Positions 41,738-57,398 of a stretch of 64,000 nucleotides of DNA are shown here, piece by piece. The first letter of the stretch is position 1; each line of letters opens with the position of its first letter. A program made the translations under genes and the position numbers. The stretch is from the human T2T-CHM13v2.0 reference genome, Homo sapiens, in NCBI RefSeq assembly GCF_009914755.1, contig NC_060925.1; one strand, written 5' to 3'. The notes below the pieces were generated by a model that saw only the letters and a program-made list of their open reading frames with translations, was not told the origin of the DNA and did no database searches.

Positions 41738-44700
41738 ATGGAATCGTCATCGAATGAACTGAATGCAATCATCGAATGGTCTCGAATGGAATCATCTTCT
41801 AATGGAAAGGAATGGAATCATCGCATAGAATCGAATGGAATTATCATCGAATGGAATCGAATGGTATCAACACCAAACGGAAAAAAACGGAATTATCGAA
41901 TAGATTCGAAGAGAATCTTCGAACGGACCCGAATGGAATCATCTAATGGAATGGAATGGAATAATCCATGGACTCGAATGCAATCATCATCGAATGGAAT
42001 CAAATGGAATCATCGAATGGACTCGAATGGAATAATCATTGAACGGAATCGAATGGAATCATCATCGGATGGAAATGAATGGAATCATCATCCAATGGAA
42101 ATGAAAGGAGACATCATCTAATGGAATTGCATGGAATCATCATAAAATGGAATCGAATGGAATCAACATCAAATGGAATCAAATGGAATCATTGAACGGA
42201 ATTGAATGGAATCGTCATCGAATGTATTGACTGCAATCATCGAATGGTCTCGAATGGAATCATCTTCAAATGGAATGGAATGGAATCATCGCATAGAATC
42301 GAATGGAATTATCATCGAATGGAATCGAATGGAATCAACATCAAACGGAAAAAAACGGAATTATCGAATGGAATCGAAGAGAATCATCGAATGGACCCGA
42401 ATGGAATCATCTAATGGAATGGAATGGAATAATCCATGGACTCGAATGCAATCATCATCGAATGGAATCGAATGGAATCATCGAATGGACTCGAATGGAA
42501 TAATCATTGAACGGAATCGAATGGAATCATCATCGGATGGAAACGAATGGAATCATCATCGAATGGAATCGAATATAATTATGGAATGAAATCCAGTGTG
42601 ATCATCATCGAATGGACCCGAATGGAATCATCATCCAACGGAAGCTAATGGAATCAACATCGAATGAATCGAATGGAAACACCATCGAATTGAAACGAAT
42701 GGAATTATCATGAAATTGAAATGGATGGACTCATCATCGAATGGATTCGAATGGAATCATCGAATAAAATTGATTGAAATCATCATCCAATGGAATCGAA
42801 TGGTATCATTGAATGGAATCGAATGGAATCATCATCAGATGGAAATGAATGGAATCGTCATAGAATGGAATCGAATGGATTCATTGAATGGAATCAGATG
42901 GAATCATCGAATGGACTGGAATGGAATCATTGAATGGACTCGAAAGGGATCATGATTGAATGGAATTGAATGGAATCATCGAATGGTCTCGATTGGAATC
43001 ATTATCAAATGGAATCGAATGGAATCACCGAATAGAATCGAATGGAACAATCATCGAATGGACTCAAATGGAATTATCCTCCAATGGAATCGAATGGAAT
43101 TATCGAATGCAATCGAATGGAATTATCGAATGCAATCGAATAGAATCATCGAATGGACTCGAATGGAATCATCGAATGGAATGGAATGGAACAGTCAATG
43201 AACTCGAATGGAATCATCATTGAATGGAATCGAATGGAATCATCGAGTGGAATCGAATGGAATTATGATCAAATGGAATCGAATGTAATCATCATCAAAT
43301 GGAATCAAAAATAACCATCATCAATTGGTATTGAATGGAATTGTCATCAAATGGAATTCAAAGGAATCATCATCAAATGGAACCGAATGGAATCCTCATT
43401 GAATGGAAATGAAAGGGGTCATCATCTAATGGAATCGCATGGAATCATCATCAAATGGAATCGAATGGAATCATCATCAAATGGAATCTAATGGAATCAT
43501 TGAACAGAATTGAATGGAATCGTCATCGAATGAATTGAATGCAATCATCGAATGGTCTCGAATGGAATCATCTTCTAATGGAAAGGAATGGAATCATCGC
43601 ATAGAATCGAATGGAATTATCATCGAATGGAATCGAATGGTATCAACACCAAACGGAAAAAAACGGAATTATCGAATGGAATCGAAGAGAATCTTCGAAC
43701 GGACCCGAATGGAATCATCTAATGGAATGGAATGGAATAATCCATGGACTCGAATGCAATCATCATCGAATGGAATGGAATGGAATCATCGAATGGACTC
43801 GAATGGAATAATCATTGAACGGAATCGAATGGAATCATCATTGGATGGAAACGAATGGAATCATCATCGAATGGAAATGAAAGGAGTCATCATCTAATGG
43901 AATTGCATGGAATCATCATCAAATGGAATCGAATGGAATCAACATCAAATGGAATCAAATGGAATCATTGAACGGAATTGAATGGAATCGTCATCGAATG
44001 AATTGACTGCAATCATCGAATGGTCTCGAATGGAATCATCTTCAAATGGAATGGAATGGAATCATCGCATAGAATCGAATGGAATTATCATCGAATGGAA
44101 TCGAATGGAATCAACATCAAACGGAAAAAAACGGAATTATCGAATGGAATCGAAGAGAATCATCGAATGGACCCGAATGGAATCATCTAATGGAATGGAA
44201 TGGAATAATCCATGGACTCGAATGCAATCATCATCGAATGGAATCGAATGGAATCATCGAATGGACTCGAATGGAATAATCATTGAACGGAATCGAATGG
44301 AATCATCATCGGATGGAAATGAATGGAATCATCATCGAATGGAATCGAATAGAATTATGGAATGAAATCCAGTGTGATCATCATCGAATGGACCCGAATG
44401 GAATCATCATCCAACGGAAGCTAATGGAATCAACATCGAATGAATCGAATGGAAACACCATCGAATTGAAACGAATGGAATTATTATGAAATTGAAATGG
44501 ATGGACTCATCATCGAATGGATTCGAATGGAATCATCGAATAAAATTGATTGAAATCATCATCCAATGGAATCGAATGGTTTCATTGAATGGAATCGAAT
44601 GGAATCATCATCAGATGGAAATGAATGGAATCGTCATAGAATGGAATCGAATGGATTCATTGAATGGAATCAGATGGAATCATCGAATGGACTGGAATGG

Positions 44701-47700
44701 AATCATTGAATGGACTCGAAAGGGATCATGATTGAATGGAATTGAATGGAATCATCGAATGGTCTCGATTGGAATCATTACCAAATGGAATCGAATGGAA
44801 TCACCGAATAGAATCGAATGGAACAATCATCGAATGGACTCAAATGGAATTATCCTCCAATGGAATCGAATGGAATTATCGAATGCAATCGAATGGAATT
44901 ATCGAATGCAATCGAATAGAATCATCGAATGGACTCGAATGGAATCATCGAATGGAATGGAATGGAACAGTCAATGAACTCGAATGGAATCATCATTGAA
45001 TGGAATCGAATGGAATCATCGAGTGGAATCGAATGGAATTATGATCAAATGGAATCGAATGTAATCATCATCAAATGGAATCAAAAATAACCATCATCAA
45101 TTGGTATTGAATGGAATTGTCATCAAATGGAATTCAAAGGAATCATCATCAAATGGAACCGAATGGAATCCTCATTGAATGGAAATGAAAGAGGTCATCA
45201 TCTAATGGAATCGCATGGAATCATCATCAAATGGAATCGAATGGAATCATCATCAAATGGAATCTAATGGAATCATTGACCAGAATTGAATGGAATCGTC
45301 ATCGAATGAATTGAATGCAATCATCGAATGGTCTCGAATGGAATCATCTTCTAATGGAAAGGAATGGAATCATCGCATAGAATCGAATGGAATTATCATC
45401 GAATGGAATCGAATGGTATCAACACCAAACGGAAAAAAACGGAATTATCGAATGGAATCGAAGAGAATCTTCGAACGGACCCGAATGGAATCATCTAATG
45501 GAATGGAATGGAATAATCCATGGACTCGAATGCAATCATCATCGAATGGAATCGAATGGAATCATCGAATGGACTCGAATGGAATAATCATTGAACGGAA
45601 TCGATTGGAATCATCATCGGATGGAAACGAATGGAATCATCATCGAATGGAAATGAAAGGAGTCATCATGTAATGGAATTGCATGGAATCATCATAAAAT
45701 GGAATCGAATGGAATCAACATCAAATGGAATCAAATGTAATCATTGAACGGAATTGAATGGAATCGTCATCGAATGAATTGACTGCAATCATCCAATGGT
45801 CTCGAATGGAATCATCTTCAAATGGAATGGAATGGAATCATCGCATAGAATCGAATGGAATTATCATCGAATGGAATCGAATGGAATCAACATCCAACGG
45901 AAAAAAACGGAATTATCGAATGGAATCGAAGAGAATCATCGAATGGACCCGAATGGAATCATCTAATGGAATGGAATGGAATAATCCATGGACTCGAATG
46001 CAATCATCATCGAATGGAATCGAATGGAATCATCGAATGGACTCGAATGGAATAATCATTGAACGGAATCGAATGGAATCATCATCGGATGGAAATGAAT
46101 GGAATCATCATCGAATGGAATCGAATAGAATTATGGAATGAAATCCAGTGTGATCATCATCGAATGGACCCGAATGGAATCATCATCCAACGGAAGCTAA
46201 TGGAATCAACATCGAATGAATCAAATGGAAACACCATCGAATTGAAACGAATGGAATTATCATGAAATTGAAATGGATGGACTCATCATCGAATGGATTC
46301 GAATGGAATCATCGAATAAAATTGATTGAAATCATCATCCAATGGAATCGAATGGTATCATTGAATGGAATCGAATGGAATCATCATCAGATGGAAATGA
46401 ATGGAATCGTCATAGAATGGAATCGAATGGATTCATTGAATGGAATCAGATGGAATCATCGAATGGACTGGAATGGAATCATTGAATGGACTCGAAAGGG
46501 ATCATGATTGAATGGAATTGAATGGAATCATCGAATGGTCTCGATTGGAATCATTATCAAATGGAATCGAATGGAATCACCGAATAGAATCGAATGGAAT
46601 TATCATCGAATGGAATCCAATGGAATTATCCTCCAATGGAATCGAATGGAATTATCGAATGCAATCGAATGGAATTATCGAATGCAATCGAATAGAATCA
46701 TCGAATGGACTCGAATGGAATCATCAAATGGAATGAAATGGAACAGTCAATGAACTCGAATGGAATCATCATTGAATGGAATCGAATGGAATCATCGAGT
46801 GGAATCGAATGGAATTATGATCAAATGGAATCGAATGTAATCATCATCAAATGGAATCAAAAATAACCATCATCAATTGGTATTGAATGGAATTGTCATC
46901 AAATGGAATTCAAAGGAATCATCATCAAATGGAACCGAATGGAATCCTCATTGAATGGAAATGAAAGGGGTCATCATCTAATGGAATCGCATGGAATCAT
47001 CATCAAATGGAATCGAATGGAATCATCATCAAATGGAATCTAATGGAATCATTGAACAGAATTGAATGGAATCGTCATCGAATGAATTGAATGCAATCAT
47101 CGAATGGTCTCGAATGGAATCATCTTCTAATGGAAAGGAATGGAATCATCGCATAGAATCGAATGGAACTATCATCGAATGGAATCGAATGGTATCAACA
47201 CCAAACGGAAAAAAACGGAATTATCGAATGGAATCGAAGAGAATCTTCGAACGGACCCGAATGGAATCATCTAATGGAATGGAATGGAATAATCCATGGA
47301 CTCGAATGCAATCATCATCGAATGGAATCGAATGGAATCATCGAATGGACTCGAATGGAATAATCATTGAACGAATCGATTGGAATCATCATCGGATGGA
47401 AACGAATGGAATCATCATCGAATGGAAATGAAAGGAGTCATCATCTAATGGAATTGCATGGAATCATCATACAATGGAATCGAATGGAATCAACATCAAA
47501 TGGAATCAAATGGAATCATTGAACGGAATTGAATGGAATCGTCATCGAATGAATTGACTGCAATCATCCAATGGTCTCGAATGGAATCATCTTCAAATGG
47601 AATGGAATGGAATCATCGCATAGAATCGAATGGAATTATCATCGAATGGAATCGAATGGAATCAACATCCAACGGAAAAAAACGGAATTATCGAATGGAA

Positions 47701-50616
47701 TCGAAGAGAATCATCGAATGGACCCGAATGGAATCATCTAATGGAATGGAATGGAATAATCCATGGACTCGAATGCAATCATCATCGAATGGAATCGAAT
47801 GGAATCATCGAATGGACTCGAATGGAATAATCATTGAACGGAATCGAATGGAATCATCATCGGATGGAAATGAATGGAATCATCATCGAATGGAATCGAA
47901 TAGAATTATGGAATGAAATCCAGTGTGATCATCATCGAATGGACCCGAATGGAATCATCATCCAACGGAAGCTAATGGAATCAACATCGAATGAATTGAA
48001 TGGAAACACCATCGAATTGAAACGAATGGAATTATCATGAAATTGAAATGGATGGACTCATCATCGAATGGATTCGAATGGAATCATCGAATAAAATTGA
48101 TTGAAATCATCATCGAATGGAGTCGAATGGTATCATTGAATGGAATCGAATGGAATCATCATCAGATGGAAATGAATGGAATCGTCATAGAATGGAATCG
48201 AATGGATTCATTGAATGGAATCAGATGGAATCATCGAATGGACTGGAATGGAATCATTGAATGGACTCGAAAGGGATCATGATTGAATGGAATTGAATGG
48301 AATCATCGAATGGTCTCGATTGGAATCATTATCAAATGGAATCGAATGGAATCACCGAATAGAATCGAATGGAACAATCATCGAATGGACTCAAATGGAA
48401 TTATCCTCCAATGGAATCGAATGGAATTATCGAATGCAATCGAATGGAATTATCGAATGCAATCGAATAGAATCATCGAAAGGACTCGAATGGAATCATC
48501 GAATGGAATGGAATGGAACAGTCAATGAACTCGAATGGAATCATCATTGAATGGAATCGAATGGAATCATCGAGTGGAATCGAATGGAATTATGATCAAA
48601 TGGAATCGAATGTAATCATCATCAAATGGAATCAAAAATAACCATCATCAATTGGTATTGAATGGAATTGTCATCAAATGGAATTCAAAGGAATCATCAT
48701 CAAATGGAACCGAATGGAATCCTCATTGAATGGAAATGAAAGGGGTCATCATCTAATGGAATCGCATGGAATCATCATCAAATGGAATCGAATGGAATCA
48801 TCATCAAATGGAATCTAATGGAATCATTGAACAGAATTGAATGGAATCGTCATCGAATGAATTGAATGCAATCATCGAATGGTCTCGAATGGAATCATCT
48901 TCTAATGGAAAGGAATGGAATCATCGCATAGAATCGAATGGAATTATCATCGAATGGAATCGAATGGTATCAACACCAAACGGAAAAAAACGGAATTATC
49001 GAATGGAATCGAAGAGATTCTTCGAACGGACCCGAATGGAATCATCTAATGGAATGGAATGGAATAATCCATGGACTCGAATGCAATCATCATCGAATGG
49101 AATGGAATGGAATCATCGAATGGACTCGAATGGAATAATCATTGAACGGAATCGAATGGAATCATCATCGGATGGAAACGAATGGAATCATCATCGAATG
49201 GAAATGAAAGGAGTCATCATCTAATGGAATTGCATGGAATCATCATAAAATGGAATCGAATGGAATCAACATCAAATGGAATCAAATGGAATCATTGAAC
49301 GGAATTGAATGGAATCGTCATCGAATGAATTGACTGCAATCATCGAATGGTCTCGAATGGAATCATCTTCAAATGGAATGGAATGGAATCATCGCATAGA
49401 ATCGAATGGAATTATCATCGAATGGAATCGAATGGAATCAACATCAAACGGAAAAAAACGGAATTATCGAATGGAATCGAAGAGAATCATAGAATGGACC
49501 CGAATGGAATCATCTAATGGAATGGAATGGAATAATCCATGGACTCGAATGCAATCATCATCGAATGGAATCGAATGGAATCATCGAATGGACTCGAATG
49601 GAATAATCATTGAACGGAATCGAATGGAATCATCATCGGATGGAAATGAATGGAATCATCATCGAATGGAATCGAATAGAATTATGGAATGAAATCCAGT
49701 GTGATCATCATCGAATGGACCCGAATGGAATCATCATCCAACGGAAGCTAATGGAATCAACATCGAATGAATCGAATGGAAACACCATCGAATTGAAACG
49801 AATGGAATTATCATGAAATTGAAATGGATGGACTCATCATCGAATGGATTCGAATGGAATCATCGAATAAAATTGATTGAAATCATCATCAAATGGAATC
49901 GAATGGTATCATTGAATGGAATCGAATGGAATCATCATCAGATGGAAATGAATGGAATCGTCATAGAATGGAATCGAATGGATTCATTGAATGGAATCAG
50001 ATGGAATCATCGAATGGACTGGAATGGAATCATTGAATGGACTCGAAAGGGATCATTATTGAATGGAATTGAATGGAATCATCGAATGGTCTCGATTGGA
50101 ATCATTATCAAATGGAATCGAATGGAATCACCGAATAGAATCGAATGGAACAATCATCGAATGGACTCAAATGGAATTATCCTCCAATGGAATCGAATGG
50201 AATTATCGAATGCAATCGAATGGAATTATCGAATGCAATCGAATAGAATCATCGAATGGACTCGAATGGAATCATCGAATGGAATGGAATGGAACAGTCA
50301 ATGAACTCGAATGGAATCATCATTGAATGGAATCGAATGGAATCATCGAGTGGAATCGAATGGAATTATGATCAAATGGAATCGAATGTAATCATCATCA
50401 AATGGAATCAAAAATAACCATCATCAATTGGTATTGAATGGAATTGTCATCAAATGGAATTCAAAGGAATCATCATCAAATGGAACCGAATGGAATCCTC
50501 ATTGAATGGAAATGAAAGGGGTCATCATCTAATGGAATCGCATGGAATCATCATCAAATGGAATCGAATGGAATCATCATCAAATGGAATCTAATGGAAT
50601 CATTGAACAGAATTGA

Positions 50617-51924
50617 ATGGAATCGTCATCGAATGAATTGAATGCAATCATCGAATGGTCTCGAATGGAATCATCTTCTAATGGAAAGGAATGGAATCAT
50701 CGCATAGAATCGAATGGAATTATCATCGAATGGAATCGAATGCTATCAACACCAAACGGAAAAAAACGGAATTATCGAATGGAATCGAAGAGAATCTTCG
50801 AACGGACCCGAATGGAATCATCTAATGGAATGGAATGGAATAATCCATGGACTCGAATGCAATCATCATCGAATGGAATGGAATGGAATCATCGAATGGA
50901 CTCGAATGGAATAATCATTGAACGGAATCGAATGGAATCATCATCGGATGGAAATGAATGGAATCATCATCGAATGGAATCGAATAGAATTATGGAATGA
51001 AATCCAGTGTGATCATCATCGAATGGACCCGAATGGAATCATCATCCAACGGAAGCTAATGGAATCAACATCGAATGAATCGAATGGAAACACCATCGAA
51101 TTGAAACGAATGGAATTATCATGAAATTGAAATGGATGGACTCATCATCGAATGGATTCGAATGGAATCATCGAATAAAATTGATTGAAATCATCATCCA
51201 ATGGAATCGAATGGTATCATTGAATGGAATCGAATGGAATCATCATCAGATGGAAATGAATGGAATCGTCATAAAATGGAATCGAATGGATTCATTGAAT
51301 GGAATCAGATGGAATCATCGAATGGACTGGAATGGAATCATTGAATGGACTCGAAAGGGATCATTATTGAATGGAATTGAATGGAATCATCGAATGGTCT
51401 CGATTGGAATCATTATCAAATGGAATCGAATGGAATCACCGAATAGAATCGAATGGAACAATCATCGAATGGACTCAAATGGAATTATCCTCCAATGGAA
51501 TCGAATGGAATTATCGAATGCAATCGAATGGAATTATCGAATGCAATCGAATAGAATCATCGAATGGACTCGAATGGAATCATCGAATGGAATGGAATGG
51601 AACAGTCAATGAACTCGAATGGAATCATCATTGAATGGAATCGAATGGAATCATCGAGTGGAATCGAATGGAATTATGATCAAATGGAATCGAATGTAAT
51701 CATCATCAAATGGAATCAAAAATAACCATCATCAATTGGTATTGAATGGAATTGTCATCAAATGGAATTCAAAGGAATCATCATCAAATGGAACCGAATG
51801 GAATCCTCATTGAATGGAAATGAAAGGGGTCATCATCTAATGGAATCGCATGGAATCATCATCAAATGGAATCGAATGGAATCATCATCAAATGGAATCT
51901 AATGGAATCATTGAACAGAATTGA
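50617..51924 (+). repeat. Second 1308-bp unit with a single A/B hybrid subunit
   Basis: Pseudo-ORF 50617-51000 has the A-type start (ELNA..NGKEW..IFERT) and the B-type end (MESNRIME). Spacing is 1308. Confidence 0.9.
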
Positions 51925-53700
51925 ATGGAATCGTCATCGAATGAATTGAATGCAATCATCGAATGGTCTCGAATGGAATCATCTTCTAATGGAAAGGAAT
52001 GGAATCATCGCATAGAATCGAATGGAATTATCATCGAATGGAATCGAATGGTATCAACACCAAACGGAAAAAAACGGAATTATCGAATGGAATCGAAGAG
52101 AATCTTCGAACGGACCCGAATGGAATCATCTAATGGAATGGAATGGAATAATCCATGGACTCGAATGCAATCATCATCGAATGGAATCGAATGGAATCAT
52201 CGAATGGACTCGAATGGAATAATCATTGAACGGAATCGAATGGAATCATCATCGGATGGAAACGAATGGAATCATCATCGAATGGAAATGAAAGGAGTCA
52301 TCATCTAATGGAATTGCATGGAATCATCATAAAATGGAATCGAATGGAATCAACATCAAATGGAATCAAATGGAATCATTGAACGGAATTGAATGGAATC
52401 GTCATCGAATGAATTGACTGCAATCATCGAATGGTCTCGAATGGAATCATCTTCAAATGGAATGGAATGGAATCATCGCATAGAATCGAATGGAATTATC
52501 ATCGAATGGAATCGAATGGAATCAACATCCAACGGAAAAAAACGGAATTATCGAATGGAATCGAAGAGAATCATCGAATGGACCCGAATGGAATCATCTA
52601 ATGGAATGGAATGGAATAATCCATGGACTCGAATGCAATCATCATCGAATGGAATCGAATGGAATCATCGAATGGACTCGAATGGAATAATCATTGAACG
52701 GAATCGAATGGAATCATCATGGGATGGAAATGAATGGAATCATCATCGAATGGAATCGAATATAATTATGGAATGAAATCCAGTGTGATCATCATCGAAT
52801 GGACCCGAATGGAATCATCATCCAACGGAAGCTAATGGAATCAACATCGAATGAATCGAATGGAAACACCATCGAATTGAAACGAATGGAATTATCATGA
52901 AATTGAAATGGATGGACTCATCATCGAATGGATTCGAATGGAATCATCGAATAAAATTGATTGAAATCATCATCCAATGGAATCGAATGGTATCATTGAA
53001 TGGAATCGAATGGAATCATCATCAGATGGAAATGAATGGAATCGTCATAGAATGGAATCGAATGGATTCATTGAATGGAATCAGATGGAATCATCGAATG
53101 GACTGGAATGGAATCATTGAATGGACTCGAAAGGGATCATGATTGAATGGAATTGAATGGAATCATCGAATGGTCTCGATTGGAATCATTATCAAATGGA
53201 ATCGAATGGAATCACCGAATAGAATCGAATGGAACAATCATCGAATGGACTCAAATGGAATTATCCTCCAATGGAATCGAATGGAATTATCGAATGCAAT
53301 CGAATGGAATTATCGAATGCAATCGAATAGAATCATCGAATGGACTCGAATGGAATCATCGAATGGAATGGAATGGAACAGTCAATGAACTCGAATGGAA
53401 TCATCATTGAATGGAATCGAATGGAATCATCGAATGGAATCGAATGGAATTATGATCAAATGGAATCGAATATAATCATCATCAAATGGAATCAAAAATA
53501 ACCATCATCAATTGGTATTGAATGGAATTCTCATCAAATGGAATTCAAAGGAGTCATCATCAAATGGAACTGAATGGAATCCTCATTGAATGGAAATGAA
53601 AGGGGTCATCATCTAATGGAATCGCATGGAATCATCATCAAATGGAATCGAATGGAATCATCATCAAATGGAATCTGATGGAATCATTGAACAGAATTGA

Positions 53701-55622
53701 ATGGAATCGTCATCGAATGAATTGAATGCAATCATCGAATGGTCTCGAATGTAATCACATTCTAATGGAAAGGAATGGAATCATCGCATAGAATCGAATG
53801 GAATTAACATTGAATGGACTCGAATGGAATCAACATCAAACGGAATCAAGCGGAATTATCGAATGGAATCGAAGAGAATCATCGAATGGTCTCGAATGGA
53901 ATCATCTTCTAATGGAAAGGAATGGAATCATCGCAAAGAATCGAATGGAATTAACATTGAATGGACTCGAATGGAATCAACATCAAATGGAATCAAACGG
54001 AATTATCGAATGAAATCGAAGAGAATCATTGAATGGACTCGAATGGAATCATCTAATGGAATGGAATGGAATAATCCACGGACTCGAATGCAATCATCAT
54101 CGTATAGAATCGAATGGAATCATCGAATGGACTCGAATGGAATAACCATTGAACGGAATCGAATGGAATCATCATCGGATGGAAACGAATGGAATCATCA
54201 TCGAATGGAAATGAAAGGAGTCATCATCTAATGGAATTGCATGGAATCATCATCAAATGGAATCGAATGGAATCAACATCAAATGGAATCAAATGGAATC
54301 ATTGAACGGAATTGAATGGAATCGTCTCGAATGAATTGACTGCAATCATCGAATGGTCTCGAATGGAATCATCTTCAAATGGAATGGAATGGAATCATCG
54401 CATAGAATCGAATGGAATTATCATCGAATGGAATCGAATGGAATCAACATCAAACGGAAAAAAACGGAATTATCAAATGGAATCGAAGAGAATCATCGAA
54501 TGGACCCGAATGGAATCATCTAATGGAATGGAATGGAATAATCCATGGACTCGAATGCAATCATCATCGAATGGAATCGAATGGAATCATCGAATGGACT
54601 CGAATGGAATAATCATTGAACGGAATCGAATGGAATCATCATCGGATGGAAATGAATGGAATCATCATCGAATGGAATCGAATAGAATTATGGAATGAAA
54701 TCCAGTGTGATCATCATCGAATGGACCCGAATGGAATCATCATCCAACGGAAGCTAATGGAATCAACATCGAATGAATCAAATGGAAACACCATCGAATT
54801 GAAACGAATGGAATTATCATGAAATTGAAATGGATGGACTCATCATCGAATGGATTCGAATGGAATCATCGAATAAAATTGATTGAAATCATCATCGAAT
54901 GGAATCGAGTGGTATCATTGAATGGAATCGAATGGAATCAACATCAGATGGAAATGAATGGAATCGTCATAGAATGGAATCGAATGGATTCATTGAATGG
55001 AATCAGATGGAATCATCGAATGGACTGGAATGGAATCATTGAATGGACTCGAAAGGGATCATGATTGAATGGAATTGAATGGAATCATCGAATGGTCTCG
55101 ATTGGAATCATTATCAAATGGAATCGAATGGAATCACCGAATAGAATCGAATGGAACAATCATCGAATGGACTCAAAAGGAATTATCCTCAAATGGAATC
55201 GAATGGAATTATCGAATGCAATCGAATGGAATTATCGAATGCAATCGAATAGAATCATCGAATGGACTCGAATGGAATCATCGAATGGAATGGAATGGAA
55301 CAGTCAATGAACTCGAATGGAATCATCATTGAATGGAATCGAATGGAATCATCGAGTGGAATCGAATGGAATTATGATCAAATGGAATCGAATGTAATCA
55401 TCATCAAATGGAATCAAAAATAACCATCATCAATTGGTATTGAATGGAATTGTCATCAAATGGAATTCAAAGGAATCATCATCAAATGGAACCGAATGGA
55501 ATCCTCATTGAATGGAAATGAAAGGGGTCATCATCTAATGGAATCGCATGGAATCATCATCAAATGGAATCGAATGGAATCATCATCAAATGGAATCTAA
55601 TGGAATCATTGAACAGAATTGA
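53701..55622 (+). repeat. 1922-bp divergent variant unit, copy 2
   Basis: Same 147-bp duplication, GTAATCACATT, ATTAACATTG, ATCCACGG and ATCGTCTCG markers as 7360-9281. Confidence 0.9.
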
Positions 55623-57398
55623 ATGGAATCGTCATCGAATGAATTGAATGCAATCATCGAATGGTCTCGAATGGAATCATCTTCTAATGCAAAGGAATGG
55701 AATCATCGCATAGAATCGAATGGAATTATCATCGAATGGAATCGAATTGTATCAACACCAAACGGAAAAAAACGGAATTATCGAATGGAATCGAAGAGAA
55801 TCTTCGAACGGACCCGAATGGAATCATCTAATGGAATGGAATGGAATAATCCATGGACTCGAATGCAATCATCATCGAATGGAATCGAATGGAATCATCG
55901 AATGGACTCGAATGGAATAATCATTGAACGGAATCGAATGGAATCATCATCGGATGGAAACGAATGGAATCATCATCGAATGGAAATGAAAGGAGTCATC
56001 ATCTAATGGAATTGCATGGAATCATCATAAAATGGAATCGAATGGAATCAACATCAAATGGAATCAAATGGAATCATTGAACGGAATTGAATGGAATCGT
56101 CATCGAATGAATTGACTGCAATCATCGAATGGTCTCGAATGGAATCATCTTCAAATGGAATGGAATGGAATCATCGCATAGAATCGAATGGAATTATCAT
56201 CGAATGGAATCGAATGGAATCAACATCAAACGGAAAAAAACGGAATTATCGAATGGAATCGAAGAGAATCATCGAATGGACCCGAATGGAATCATCTAAT
56301 GGAATGGAATGGAATAATCCATGGACTCGAATGCAATCATCATCGAATGGAATCGAATGGAATCATCGAATGGACTCGAATGGAATAATCATTGAACGGA
56401 ATCGAATGGAATCATCATCGGATGGAAATGAATGGAATCATCATCGAATGGAATCGAATAGAATTATGGAATGAAATCCAGTGTGATCATCATCGAATGG
56501 ACCCGAATGGAATCATCATCCAACGGAAGCTAATGGAATCAACATCGAATGAATCGAATGGAAACACCATCGAATTGAAACGAATGGAATTATCATGAAA
56601 TTGAAATGGATGGACTCATCATCGAATGGATTCGAATGGAATCATCGAATAAAATTGATTGAAATCATCATCAAATGGAATCGAATGGTATCATTGAATG
56701 GAATCGAATGGAATCATCATCAGATGGAAATGAATGGAATCGTCATAGAATGGAATCGAATGGATTCATTGAATGGAGTCAGATGGAATCATCGAATGGA
56801 CTGGAATGGAATCATTGAATGGACTCGAAAGGGATCATTATTGAATGGAATTGAATGGAATCATCGAATGGTCTCGATTGGAATCATTATCAAATGGAAT
56901 CGAATGGAATCACCGAATAGAATCGAATGGAACAATCATCGAATGGACTCAAATGGAATTATCCTCCAATGGAATCGAATGGAATTATCGAATGCAATCG
57001 AATGGAATTATCGAATGCAATCGAATAGAATCATCGAATGGACTCGAATGGAATCATCGAATGGAATGGAATGGAACAGTCAATGAACTCGAATGGAATC
57101 ATCATTGAATGGAATCGAATGGAATCATCGAATGGAATCGAATGGAATTATGATCAAATGGAATCGAATATAATCATCATCAAATGGAATCAAAAATAAC
57201 CATCATCAATTGGTATTGAATGGAATTCTCATCAAATGGAATTCAAAGGAGTCATCATCAAATGGAACTGAATGGAATCCTCATTGAATGGAAATGAAAG
57301 GGGTCATCATCTAATGGAATCGCATGGAATCATCATCAAATGGAATCGAATGGAATCATCATCAAATGGAATCTGATGGAATCATTGAACAGAATTGA

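Noticed and set aside
47366-47385. 1-bp deletion (ACGAATCGATTGG) giving the 1775-bp interval
   Set aside because: It is a singleton loss in a GG dinucleotide that could be a sequencing or consensus error, and it has no structural consequence.
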